Assembly: GCA_905202255.1 (NCBI GenBank)
Contig: CAJKRH010000001.1
Coordinates: 18,940 to 82,939, forward strand
Origin: an uncultured Ruminococcus sp.
GTDB lineage: Bacteria > Bacillota > Clostridia > Oscillospirales > CAG-272
Length of the DNA: 64,000 bases
Direction: 5' to 3'
Below are positions 33,578 to 42,885 of the stretch, piece after piece. The notes beneath the pieces were generated by a model. That model saw only the letters and a list, made by a program, of their open reading frames with translations, was not told the origin of the DNA and searched no databases. Positions within the stretch are counted from its first letter, which is position 1. The number at the start of each line of letters is the position of its first letter. A program made the translations under genes and the position numbers.

Positions 33578-34069
33578 AAACTGAACAGCGCGACCGCGCA
33601 AGTTGAACACCCGTGTCGCACAGGTTGAATAGCTGGTGATTTTACAGTAGAATATTGGCACACGCAAGAGCATGAATTCAATAAAGGAGATCATCATGAC
33701 CAATTATCCAATCATAATCGATTGCAAGGAATTCATGTGCAAGTGGGAGGGAGTGTCGGTCGGGCTCTGCGCGGGACCGCCCAACTTCGTTAGCATGAGT
33801 TTAAAGCATTGGTGTTTCCGGGAAGAGTGGTAACGTTCGTACAACGAAAAGAAAAACGCCCCGTCCATGGCATCACTCTTCCCGCCAACCATATATCCAG
33901 CGCTCAGGTCGCACTCCTATGTTCCCTATCCTCCGTTACGACTAAAACATGATTATAATACCGTTCTTTTCGTCTTTTGTCAATGTACAACCTCACCGTA
34001 GTGGGTGTTCAATTTGTTGCGACGAGAGTGTTCAACAGCTCGGCGGCTATGTCTTTGGGCGGTTCAGTT
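33578..34069. repeat. MITE-like unit: imperfect inverted repeats of about 55-70 bp with iterated TTGAACA motifs flanking about 370 bp
   Basis: The left arm 33578..33632 reads AAACTGAAC...TTGAACACCCGTGTCGCACAGGTTGAATA. The right arm 34001..34069 reverse-complements to AAACTGAAC...TTGAACACTCTCGTCGCAACAAATTGAACACCC. Confidence 0.5.
33696..33833 (+). CDS. Hypothetical 45-aa Cys-containing peptide inside the inverted-repeat unit
   Basis: AAAGGAGA lies 7 nt upstream of the ATG. The product is MTNYPIIIDCKEFMCKWEGVSVGLCAGPPNFVSMSLKHWCFREEW, with no recognisable family. Confidence 0.3.
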   Translation: MTNYPIIIDCKEFMCKWEGVSVGLCAGPPNFVSMSLKHWCFREEW

Positions 34070-34198
34070 TTTTTATCTTCTTCGCACATTTTTGCAGTTT
34101 TCCTTGGTTTCAATTCAATTCGGTTTGCCGACAAAAAGGCAGAACGATGTCTGTCTTTATGTTATACCACAGATTTTTCCAAATGCACTGATTTGGCG

Positions 34199-34852
34199 TT
34201 AGCTTTTTATTTTCTTCTCAACACTCAACTTGAAGGTGCTGATTTTACTCGGAAGAATATACAGATAATCTATGATAGCCCCGACAAACTCTGTTGTGCG
34301 CTCAACCTCATATTTATAAAAGTCAATATCGTCCGCGTGAGCTGCACAATTGCCAAGTTGTCGAATTACCCAACACGCATCATCAAGCATTTCAGGTAGT
34401 ATCTTTTTGTCCACCAAGTCCTTAATCATTTTAGACAGGTCATTGCCGTCAGCACCTTTTTCCTTGCATATTGCTTCCAAAACTCTGCGGAGCGCAATCA
34501 AGCATAAAGGCGCGTCAATGTTTTTCACTTTCAAAGCCGCCTCAAATGCTCTTTGAATGTATTCGGGAACAGCGGCATCGCCATATTCCTTTATCTGAGG
34601 GTAACAATGCTCGGTCAAATCAATGCAGCCGCATTCTTCGTTCATTCCCTCTTTATACAGAGTCACATCACCGCATACCGGACAGGAAAGCAAACGCCAT
34701 TCTATTGTTTCAACAGGATCATAGTCAACAATATTGCCGTCCGCATCACGAACTTCTCCGCCGCACTTTGTTTTACACACGCCCTCAATATGCATAAGTC
34801 CGGTATTGCCGCAATGATAACAAGTCAGTAATTGCTGTTCTTTTTCTTCCAT
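34199..34852 (-). CDS. Zinc-ribbon plus DUF4145-like protein
   Basis: The N-terminus has CYHCGN...CPVCGD. The C-terminus AFEAALKVKNIDAPLCLIALRRVLEAICKEKG...IRQLGNCAAHADD fits the DUF4145 pattern. Confidence 0.65.
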   Translation of the reverse strand: MEEKEQQLLTCYHCGNTGLMHIEGVCKTKCGGEVRDADGNIVDYDPVETIEWRLLSCPVCGDVTLYKEGMNEECGCIDLTEHCYPQIKEYGDAAVPEYIQRAFEAALKVKNIDAPLCLIALRRVLEAICKEKGADGNDLSKMIKDLVDKKILPEMLDDACWVIRQLGNCAAHADDIDFYKYEVERTTEFVGAIIDYLYILPSKISTFKLSVEKKIKS

Positions 34853-34867
34853 GCTGACACTTCCATT

Positions 34868-36031
34868 CTATAATCCTACATTTTTCAATAAAGTCTTTGC
34901 TTCTGCCGCGGCATCATCTGAAATTGTACTGTTATATTTAAGTTCGTTCACTGTACGCTTTAAGTGCCCGCAGAAAATGAGCTTTCCCCAGCGGCGAACC
35001 TCCATGATCGGTGTGAGCCACTTATGCTTTTGGAGAATCGGGTAATGAAATTTTATTACATCATAGGGGATAAAAATTTTGGAAAGCGCATACCTCACTT
35101 TTCCGCCTTTCTTTTGTTGCTGTACAGCAACCCTGTTTGTGTTTGTTCCGTACACACCTCCGCGAAGAATATATCCTTCCATTTGCTTTGTGATTTCCGT
35201 ATGCTCTGCATTTCCAAACCAAACTTCAGATAAAAGCTCTGCCTGCTTTGCAAAAACGCCGAGTCCGCCGTCAGAAAGAAGCTTGTCCCGCTTCTCTCTG
35301 TCAAAGTCAATTCGGTGATTCAGAACCCATATATCGAGAAACGGACGGATACCACAGCCGCCTGTTTCAACAAAATGCTTTGCCATGTGCGCGATGTGAT
35401 AGAAATAGAACATTTCATCAGGCATTTCGTATTGATAATTACACCCGTCGTGCTTTACGACAACATTCCAAGCCCTCTTTAATACTTCCGCGGCGGAATT
35501 GGCTCTGCCATCTTCCACGAGATCATAATGCACTTCAATATGTACGCCACCTTGTGTAAACATAGAAATGTCGTGAGAATTTTGCGATTCACGTCTGTAT
35601 CCGAGATTGTCGGATAGATATGAAACCGTCCTTTGCAGATCTTCTGCGTGAACAAGAACGTCGATATCACAGCTTGTCCGCATCCACGGTTCGGGATAAT
35701 ACTGCCGTAAAACAGACCCTTTGAGCGGTATAAACGGGATTTCTGCTTGTTCAAGTGCCGCACACAACTTTGTCAACTCGTAATTGAGCTTTTCTAAGCG
35801 ATAAATCGCGATGAGCAGTTTGCTTTCAAGGTTTTTATTGCCCTCATCAAGCAACCCATTCTTTTTCAGTGCAAATACAATCAAATGTATGACGTCATGC
35901 TTTTGGGCAAGGGATGTGATTTCCGGTAAAATTTCCGGTCTGTACCGTGAAATTTCTTCACCTGAAAGACGACCGCCACAAACTGCCAAACGAAGCAGCG
36001 CGAACATCACCTTGCTTGTTTCTGTATTCAT
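34868..36031 (-). CDS. Uncharacterised nucleotidyltransferase family protein (NTP_transf_5-like)
   Basis: 387 aa containing ...FIPLKGSVLRQYYPEPWMRTSCDIDVLVHAEDL, an NTase-fold GS...D.D-type motif. Confidence 0.65.
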   Translation of the reverse strand: MNTETSKVMFALLRLAVCGGRLSGEEISRYRPEILPEITSLAQKHDVIHLIVFALKKNGLLDEGNKNLESKLLIAIYRLEKLNYELTKLCAALEQAEIPFIPLKGSVLRQYYPEPWMRTSCDIDVLVHAEDLQRTVSYLSDNLGYRRESQNSHDISMFTQGGVHIEVHYDLVEDGRANSAAEVLKRAWNVVVKHDGCNYQYEMPDEMFYFYHIAHMAKHFVETGGCGIRPFLDIWVLNHRIDFDREKRDKLLSDGGLGVFAKQAELLSEVWFGNAEHTEITKQMEGYILRGGVYGTNTNRVAVQQQKKGGKVRYALSKIFIPYDVIKFHYPILQKHKWLTPIMEVRRWGKLIFCGHLKRTVNELKYNSTISDDAAAEAKTLLKNVGL

Positions 36032-36052
36032 GGCGATCTTCCTTTCTTATAA

Positions 36053-37291
36053 TTAATCCCGTCTGAAAATGTCTCTTGTATAAACTTTGTCGGCTACATC
36101 GTCAAGGCAGCTGTCATATCGGTTGGCGATAATGGCATTGCACATAGCCTTGAATTTTTCAAGATCGTTGACAATCTCGCTGCCGAAAAAAGTTTCGCCG
36201 TCCTTTAATGTCGGTTCATAAATAACAACCGTTGCACCCTTGGCTTTAATGCGCTTCATTACACCTTGAATGGACGACTGACGGAAGTTATCGGAATTAG
36301 ATTTCATCGTCAGACGATACACACCGATCGTCACAGGCGTTTCCTTTGCTTTGCTGTAAGCGTTATCCTCTTCATAACCGTAGTAATCTGCCATGCGAAG
36401 TACACGGTCGGCAATAAAGTCTTTACGCGTCCGGTTGGATTCCACAATAGCCTCAATAAGGTTTTCCGGCACATCGGCATAGTTGGCAAGCAGCTGTTTG
36501 GTATCTTTCGGCAAACAGTATCCTCCGTAACCGAAGGACGGGTTGTTATAGTGGTTGCCGATACGCGGATCAAGGCACACACCTTCAATGATTTGCTTGG
36601 TGTCAAGTCCTTTCATTTCGGCATAGGTGTCAAGCTCGTTGAAATAGGAAACACGCAGGGCGAGATATGTATTGGCAAACAGTTTTACCGCTTCTGCTTC
36701 GGTGAAACCCATAATCAGGGTATCAATGTTCTCTTTGATTGCACCCTTCTGCAAGAGCTTTGCAAAATCGTTTGCGGCTTTGACAAGTCTTTCATCACTC
36801 ATATCCGTACCGACAATAATGCGGCTGGGATAGAGGTTGTCATAAAGAGCCTTTGATTCGCGGAGAAACTCCGGACTGAAAATGATGTTATTGCAGTCAT
36901 ACTTTGCTCTGACCGCTGCTGTAAATCCGACCGGGATTGTGGACTTTATGACCATGATCGCATTCGGATTGTACTGCATAACAAGTTTGATGACCGATTC
37001 AACCGCAGAGGTGTCAAAGAAATTTTTCTGACTGTCATAATTGGTCGGCGCGGCGATAATAACAAAATCTGCGTCCTTGTACGCGCTTTCCGCGTCAAGC
37101 GTTGCCACAAGATCAAGTTCTTTTTCCGCAAGATATTTTTCTATATATTCGTCCTGTATAGGCGATTTTCTTTGGTTGATCAATTCCACCTTTTCCGGAA
37201 TGATGTCAACCGCTTTTACTTTATTGTGCTGTGCCAAAAGTACCGATATTGATAAGCCGACATAGCCGGTTCCGGCAACTGCAATGTTCAT
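36053..37291 (-). CDS. ugd: UDP-glucose 6-dehydrogenase
   Basis: [14 protein letters not shown] is a Rossmann motif, and [10 protein letters not shown] is the catalytic Cys motif. 412 aa. Confidence 0.9.
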   Translation of the reverse strand: MNIAVAGTGYVGLSISVLLAQHNKVKAVDIIPEKVELINQRKSPIQDEYIEKYLAEKELDLVATLDAESAYKDADFVIIAAPTNYDSQKNFFDTSAVESVIKLVMQYNPNAIMVIKSTIPVGFTAAVRAKYDCNNIIFSPEFLRESKALYDNLYPSRIIVGTDMSDERLVKAANDFAKLLQKGAIKENIDTLIMGFTEAEAVKLFANTYLALRVSYFNELDTYAEMKGLDTKQIIEGVCLDPRIGNHYNNPSFGYGGYCLPKDTKQLLANYADVPENLIEAIVESNRTRKDFIADRVLRMADYYGYEEDNAYSKAKETPVTIGVYRLTMKSNSDNFRQSSIQGVMKRIKAKGATVVIYEPTLKDGETFFGSEIVNDLEKFKAMCNAIIANRYDSCLDDVADKVYTRDIFRRD

Positions 37292-37306
37292 ATTCTTCCC
37301 CTCACA

Positions 37307-38755
37307 TTATTTTCTTTTTAATACTTTTCCGACCAACTGCGCTGCGGACACCGTTATGTTTTTTACATCTGTATAGTTAAGTGCGATGATAGCAACGCAT
37401 AGCAACAAATAAACGATATATGAACCAGGAACCTCATAAACAATCAGCGTACAGCCGACCACAGCTAAAATATAGGTGGCTATCGTTTGCGGTAAACGAA
37501 TCTTCACTTTTACCAGCTTTTGAATGGTGTACATTCTGACCACCCATGTGACAAAAAAACTTGCCGCCGTCGCGATGGATGCTCCTATCACACCGACTGT
37601 TTTTATTAAAACCAAGTTTAAGACGATGTTTACTGCCGCGCCGACAGCTACAGATACAAACAACTGTCCTGTCTTTTTATAAGCACGGAATGCCGATGCC
37701 AAAAAGCCGCACAAGCAGGAGAAGAACGCCGACAAGGTGAGAAACGGTATGTGCCGCCACGCGGAAAAGTAACTCGGATCAAACAAAATCGACGATACGA
37801 TTTTTGACAGAGGAATAATAAACAAACAGCCGACAAGCGAAACAATGTGCATATTTTCGTATACCTTGGTATAATATGCGGATTCATCGGCATCGTTCAC
37901 ATTGGAAATCGCCGACAATTGCCACGCCTGCGTAAAGATGGACAATACCGCAGTCAGCAAAGAAGGAATTTTGTTTGCAACACTGAAAATACCGGAAGCG
38001 CTCAACCCTTCCCCCGCCGGCAGAAGTCCGATAAGCATATATTTGTTGATATACATATTGATAGACCATGCAAGGAGTGTAGGGATCATAGGAATACTGT
38101 ATTTCAGCATTTCCTTTAAAAGTTTTCCGTCCAAAGCAAAGGGGAACAGAAGTTTATAGATGCCGCCGGCAAAAAACATCAGCACGGTCGGAACGGCAAA
38201 TCCGATGACGATGCTCAGCAAATAACCCTGAAGCCCTGTTTTGGCAACAAGCAAAAAGTATATGTTGCATACAATCACCGTAACGGTTTGAACAATTCCC
38301 TGAACGGCAAACAGTTTGGTTTTTTCTAAACCTTTAATAAAATTGGAAAAGCATAAATGAATGTTATACATCGCATAGGTAGAGACAAAATACCACCAAT
38401 AGTGAGAAAGCTGTAATGAGATTTCCGAGTTCATCACAGTGATGACTGGATAAAAGGCGAGCAGCAAAAAGACGGAAAGAACGGTGATGACGATCGAATT
38501 TCCGAACACCGCTCTTTTAGAACAATTTTTATCCAGGGCATACCGCAAGGTGGCATCTGTGATTGCCAGGGTGAGAACAGGATAAATCAGATTTACGGTT
38601 GTGTTGATTAAATCGGCAATGCCGTATTCTTCCGTCAGCAAGACCGCCGTATACAACGGGGTCAATAAAAACACAAGAATTTTGGAACCGAATGTACTGA
38701 TACCGAATAGTATCGTATCGGTCGCGAGCCGTTTTGTTTTTGATGGTGTGGACAT
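37307..38755 (-). CDS. wzx: Wzx-type oligosaccharide flippase (MOP superfamily)
   Basis: 482 aa with about 12-14 hydrophobic helices. Located in a polysaccharide cluster. Confidence 0.75.
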   Translation of the reverse strand: MSTPSKTKRLATDTILFGISTFGSKILVFLLTPLYTAVLLTEEYGIADLINTTVNLIYPVLTLAITDATLRYALDKNCSKRAVFGNSIVITVLSVFLLLAFYPVITVMNSEISLQLSHYWWYFVSTYAMYNIHLCFSNFIKGLEKTKLFAVQGIVQTVTVIVCNIYFLLVAKTGLQGYLLSIVIGFAVPTVLMFFAGGIYKLLFPFALDGKLLKEMLKYSIPMIPTLLAWSINMYINKYMLIGLLPAGEGLSASGIFSVANKIPSLLTAVLSIFTQAWQLSAISNVNDADESAYYTKVYENMHIVSLVGCLFIIPLSKIVSSILFDPSYFSAWRHIPFLTLSAFFSCLCGFLASAFRAYKKTGQLFVSVAVGAAVNIVLNLVLIKTVGVIGASIATAASFFVTWVVRMYTIQKLVKVKIRLPQTIATYILAVVGCTLIVYEVPGSYIVYLLLCVAIIALNYTDVKNITVSAAQLVGKVLKRK

Positions 38756-38776
38756 AACTATTCCCTTTTCATACGT

Positions 38777-39439
38777 TTATAGAACATCTTTCCCGTTTCT
38801 GAAAAAATGTTCTTCCAACATCAGGCACAGGCAATGATAAATCGGCAAATGGAGCTCCTGAACCTTATAGGTTTCTGATTGCGGAACACGGATGCAGACA
38901 TCGGAAATTGCCGAAAGTCTGCTTTCTTTTTCACCGGTGAGTCCGATCACCTTCATACCTTTTGCCCGGGCAGTGACAGCCGCATACAAAATATTTTTGC
39001 TGTTTCCGGAAGTCGATATTCCCAAGAAAACATCTCCGGTTTTACCATAACCGTAAAGCTGCTGGGCAAAACACAAAAGAGGTTCACAATCATTCATGTA
39101 CGCAGTTGTCAGTGCCAAATGACCGTCCAGAGCGATCGCCGGCAACGCACCCTGAAGATGGTTTGACAGTGCCTCTCCCAACGTTGCATCAACCGAACGC
39201 AATGCGCTTGCAAAACCCGGTTCCACGCGCCTGTCCAAAACAAAACTCTTCATAAGTTCTCCCACAATATGCTCGGAGTCTGCCGCCGAACCACCGTTTC
39301 CGGCAACCAGGAGTTTTCCCTGCTTTTCATAGCACTCTGCCAACACATCAAACGCTTCCCCAATGCTTTCCTTGACCGATTCCAGCTCAGGGTAACGCTG
39401 CAATAAGGTACGGATATGCGCCTCTACCGACTTTTTCAT
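38777..39439 (-). CDS. gmhA: Sedoheptulose-7-phosphate isomerase (SIS domain)
   Basis: ...KLLVAGNGGSAADSEHIVGELMKSF...ISTSGNSKNI. GAGGAA lies upstream of ATG 39439. Confidence 0.8.
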   Translation of the reverse strand: MKKSVEAHIRTLLQRYPELESVKESIGEAFDVLAECYEKQGKLLVAGNGGSAADSEHIVGELMKSFVLDRRVEPGFASALRSVDATLGEALSNHLQGALPAIALDGHLALTTAYMNDCEPLLCFAQQLYGYGKTGDVFLGISTSGNSKNILYAAVTARAKGMKVIGLTGEKESRLSAISDVCIRVPQSETYKVQELHLPIYHCLCLMLEEHFFRNGKDVL

Positions 39440-39462
39440 AAATATGCACTTCCTCTCATTGA

Positions 39463-40755
39463 TTATGTTTTTATAATCTGGAGTATCAACTCCGCCAAAG
39501 AAGATCCCGTCTTGTTCTGACCGAAAATTTCGTTTCCGATCAGACCGGTCGAACATCCCGCCGCGATTCCGGCTAAAATATCGTTTTCGCTGTCTCCGAT
39601 CATCCAGGAAGCGGACAGATCGATATTAAAATCTTTCGCCGCCCGTAACAACAAGCCGGGTTTTGGTTTTCTGCATTCACAGTCGTATTTCAGTTCCGGA
39701 ATTTCGCCGGCATATCCTTTGTGCGGATGATGCGGACACACATAAAGACCGTCTATATAAGCTCCGCCTGTTCCCAACAGTGTTTCCATCTTGTTATGAA
39801 TTTCACGTAACTGTTTCCATGTCACCTCGCCGCGTGCGATGACCGGTTGGTTTGTAACAACAATGGCAAGATAACCGCTGCTGTTGATTTCACGGATTGC
39901 TTCCGCCACTCCGTCAATCAATTCAAAATCATCGATATTGCGCAAAAATCCGACATATTTGTTAATCGTACCGTCTCTGTCGAGAAAAATTGCCTTCTGC
40001 TTGTACCTGAGATTTCTTGCCCGAACAAATCCGTTTTGGAAATCCCGGCACACCGCTTCGTACCGTTCCGGTGTTCCCATATCCTTTACATACTCCGGGC
40101 TGTTATAGCAAAATATCTTTCCGGTTCCCGCAAGCGGTTTGAGCAGTTGCCTGTCCAAATCAATTTTCGGCGTGTCGATCTTCGTCTCCAACACCCTCGG
40201 CGAGAGAATATGCAAACCGGCATTCACACGGTTGCAATAATATTCGGGGCGGGGGTCCTCTTTGGCAAGCCACTGTGTAACCATATAGTTTTCATCCGAG
40301 AGAATCAGTCCGCTGTCGTAGGGGTGACTGTTCGGATGCGTAAACAGAGTGACAAGTCCGCCTTTGCTCTTGTGGTATTCGACAAACCTGTTGAAATCCA
40401 CATCAAACACAGCATCCGCATTCAACAGCAGAAAATCGTCCGTCAGTTTATCCTTGATTTTGAACAAAGCACCCGCATTTCCAAGCGGCTGTTCCTCAAA
40501 GTAATATTCAATCCGGACACCGAATGGTTTTCCGGTAACCGGAGATATTTTACTGCCGTCTCCGAAATAGTCCATAATTATGTTTCCGAGATGAGAAACC
40601 GTCAGAATAATATCCGTAAACCCCTGATCCCGCAAACTCATAATTTCATGTTCCAAAACCGGCATACCGTCAATTTTTATCATCGGCTTGGGAATGTCGC
40701 TTGCAACAGAGGATATTCGGGTTCCTTTTCCCCCTGCCATAATAACTGTTTTCAT
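39463..40755 (-). CDS. Fusion of a sugar-1-phosphate nucleotidyltransferase (HddC-like) with D,D-heptose 1,7-bisphosphate phosphatase (GmhB-like)
   Basis: The N-terminus is MKTVIMAGGKGTRI. The C-terminal HAD region has AIFLDRDGTINK, VVTNQP, CPHHP...CECRKPKPG and GDSENDI. Confidence 0.8.
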   Translation of the reverse strand: MKTVIMAGGKGTRISSVASDIPKPMIKIDGMPVLEHEIMSLRDQGFTDIILTVSHLGNIIMDYFGDGSKISPVTGKPFGVRIEYYFEEQPLGNAGALFKIKDKLTDDFLLLNADAVFDVDFNRFVEYHKSKGGLVTLFTHPNSHPYDSGLILSDENYMVTQWLAKEDPRPEYYCNRVNAGLHILSPRVLETKIDTPKIDLDRQLLKPLAGTGKIFCYNSPEYVKDMGTPERYEAVCRDFQNGFVRARNLRYKQKAIFLDRDGTINKYVGFLRNIDDFELIDGVAEAIREINSSGYLAIVVTNQPVIARGEVTWKQLREIHNKMETLLGTGGAYIDGLYVCPHHPHKGYAGEIPELKYDCECRKPKPGLLLRAAKDFNIDLSASWMIGDSENDILAGIAAGCSTGLIGNEIFGQNKTGSSLAELILQIIKT

Positions 40756-40775
40756 ATAGGACCTCCGCAAGAAAA

Positions 40776-41774
40776 TCATCTCGGAATATATGTCTCCGGA
40801 CTGTAGTGTATAACCCTCGTTCCGCCGTTCTCAAATTCAAATGGTATGTACATAAGATCTTTCATCGCACTCATAACGGACTCTCTATACTCTGGCTGAA
40901 CATAAAAAACAAGAAAGCCTCCGCCGCCGGCTCCCAAAAGTTTGCCTCCCAATGCACCCGCCTTTATCCCCTCCTGATAGAACCGGTCAATGCTATCGGT
41001 GGAAACAGCAGAACCTGTCCGTTTTTTCAACTGCCAGGTATGATCCAGCAATCTGCCGAAGTCGTCAAGATCGGCATCGGTGTCAGTCAGAATATTCTCC
41101 GCCTCATTTACCAAAAGATACATTTCCCTTAACTGATTCTTTTTTTCATCCGCCGCTATATGATTTGCTTTCTGAACGTCGGATGAAAACCTCGTAAACC
41201 CCGTAAAAAACATCAACAGGTTGTCGTTTAAGCGTTTTTTCCGTTCGGGGGAAAGGATGACCGGCAATACCTCATAACCATCGGCATTGAAGTTGATACG
41301 GTTGAATCCACCAAAGGATGCGGCAATCTGATCCTGCCAGCCCCCTGCTTCCCGACACAGAACACGCTCTAAATAGATGGCTTCATCGGCAAGTTTTCTC
41401 TTGTCTGCATATTTTCCTTTCAAAGCATAAAATGCGTTTAACATTCCGACCGCAAAGGAGCTGCTGGTTCCGAGTCCGGATCGTGCCGGAAGATCCGCCT
41501 CATACGTCAGACGGATTTCGTGCATATCCAAAAATTTCATTGCCTCACGAATTGCCGGATGCTCAATTTGCGAGATATCCGTCACCCGCTCGGTCTTGGA
41601 ATAAGACAACTCGGTAGTATAGTCAAAAAAACGCGGAAGGTGTCTCACATTGACATAGCAATATTTGTCAAAAGTTGTCGAAAGCACCGCGCCTCCGTTT
41701 TCCCTGAAATAGCTTTCCATATCGGTTCCGCCGCCGAAAAATGACATCCGGAACGGGGTTTTGGTAATAATCAT
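40776..41774 (-). CDS. hddA: GHMP-family D-glycero-D-manno-heptose 7-phosphate kinase (HddA-like)
   Basis: MIITKTPFRMSFFGGGTD... and PARSGLGTSSSFAVG form the GHMP motif. Confidence 0.75.
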   Translation of the reverse strand: MIITKTPFRMSFFGGGTDMESYFRENGGAVLSTTFDKYCYVNVRHLPRFFDYTTELSYSKTERVTDISQIEHPAIREAMKFLDMHEIRLTYEADLPARSGLGTSSSFAVGMLNAFYALKGKYADKRKLADEAIYLERVLCREAGGWQDQIAASFGGFNRINFNADGYEVLPVILSPERKKRLNDNLLMFFTGFTRFSSDVQKANHIAADEKKNQLREMYLLVNEAENILTDTDADLDDFGRLLDHTWQLKKRTGSAVSTDSIDRFYQEGIKAGALGGKLLGAGGGGFLVFYVQPEYRESVMSAMKDLMYIPFEFENGGTRVIHYSPETYIPR

Positions 41775-41787
41775 TTCTGCCCTCCTG

Positions 41788-42885
41788 TCACAAGCCGAGT
41801 GCCGTTTTCAACCACAACAGCGATTCATCCCTCATACTCTGAACCTTCCGGTCCACTTCTTCAAAATTCGGAACCGCCACCAAATTCAAATCATCGTCCG
41901 GAGAGACGATTCTGTCTTCGAGTTTCAATTCCGCCAACAAACACCGGATTCGGGAATTTGTATTCTCCTTTCCCGGGTTCACCACCGAATAGAAATTCTT
42001 GTGAAACAAAACAGAAAACGCCGTTCCGTGAAAGGAATCCGTCACAACATATTTTGCCCCGGACAGCATTCTCAAAAAATCTTCCGGAGAAATAGAAGAA
42101 ACGTTGCTGTACTTACGCAACAAAATATCTCCCTTTATGTCTTTGTTGACCACACAGACCTTCAAACCGGTCTTCCTGTGCAGATTGCGTACAAAGTCCA
42201 CCAGCAACGGAATATTTCCCAAATTATACACAAACACATATTCTTCTTCCGGTGGGGGGCTGTCAAACCTTTTCCACAGAGGATTGCCTGCCAGCAACAC
42301 AGGATCCAGAACCGTCCGGTATGTTTGTCCGAGCAATTGCGTCACAAAATCGGCTGCTTCCTTTTCCCGAAAAGATATGGAGTGGAACGCGCCCAACAGA
42401 GTTTTGTAATCGACCTTGTATTTTTCCTGCCACAGATTCAAAAAAGCATTGTTTCCGATGCTTGCAGCATAGGCTATTTTCTTTGCCTTTCCGTTGAAAT
42501 CCAACAGATACGCACTGTCACCGTCCGTGTTTTTCGGGTTGAAAACCTGATCGCTACCCACAATAACCGCATCATACTTTTCCGAAAGGTCTTTTGAAAC
42601 GGTTTCTACACGGTCGGACAGCATCAGATTTTTGTGCCGGAAATTCCGGAAAGCATCCTTCTTTTTATCCAACCGATGCAAACTGAGAATGTCGTTTACA
42701 TATACTTTCCAGCTTGCACATTCGCTCATTTTTTTTCGTCTGTATTGCTTTTCGACAGCCGGACAGGAATAATCGACAATTTCGCATTCCGCCCCCAACG
42801 CCGAAACCGTCTGTTGCAAGGCGTATGCCTGCAATACGGCTCCGTAATTTATGGCATTATGAAAAGTTAAAATTCCGACTTTCAT
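41788..42885 (-). CDS. Polysaccharide pyruvyl transferase family protein
   Basis: MKVGILTFHNAINYGAVLQAYALQ... and ...VVTDSFHGTAFS are typical of the family. Confidence 0.7.
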   Translation of the reverse strand: MKVGILTFHNAINYGAVLQAYALQQTVSALGAECEIVDYSCPAVEKQYRRKKMSECASWKVYVNDILSLHRLDKKKDAFRNFRHKNLMLSDRVETVSKDLSEKYDAVIVGSDQVFNPKNTDGDSAYLLDFNGKAKKIAYAASIGNNAFLNLWQEKYKVDYKTLLGAFHSISFREKEAADFVTQLLGQTYRTVLDPVLLAGNPLWKRFDSPPPEEEYVFVYNLGNIPLLVDFVRNLHRKTGLKVCVVNKDIKGDILLRKYSNVSSISPEDFLRMLSGAKYVVTDSFHGTAFSVLFHKNFYSVVNPGKENTNSRIRCLLAELKLEDRIVSPDDDLNLVAVPNFEEVDRKVQSMRDESLLWLKTALGL

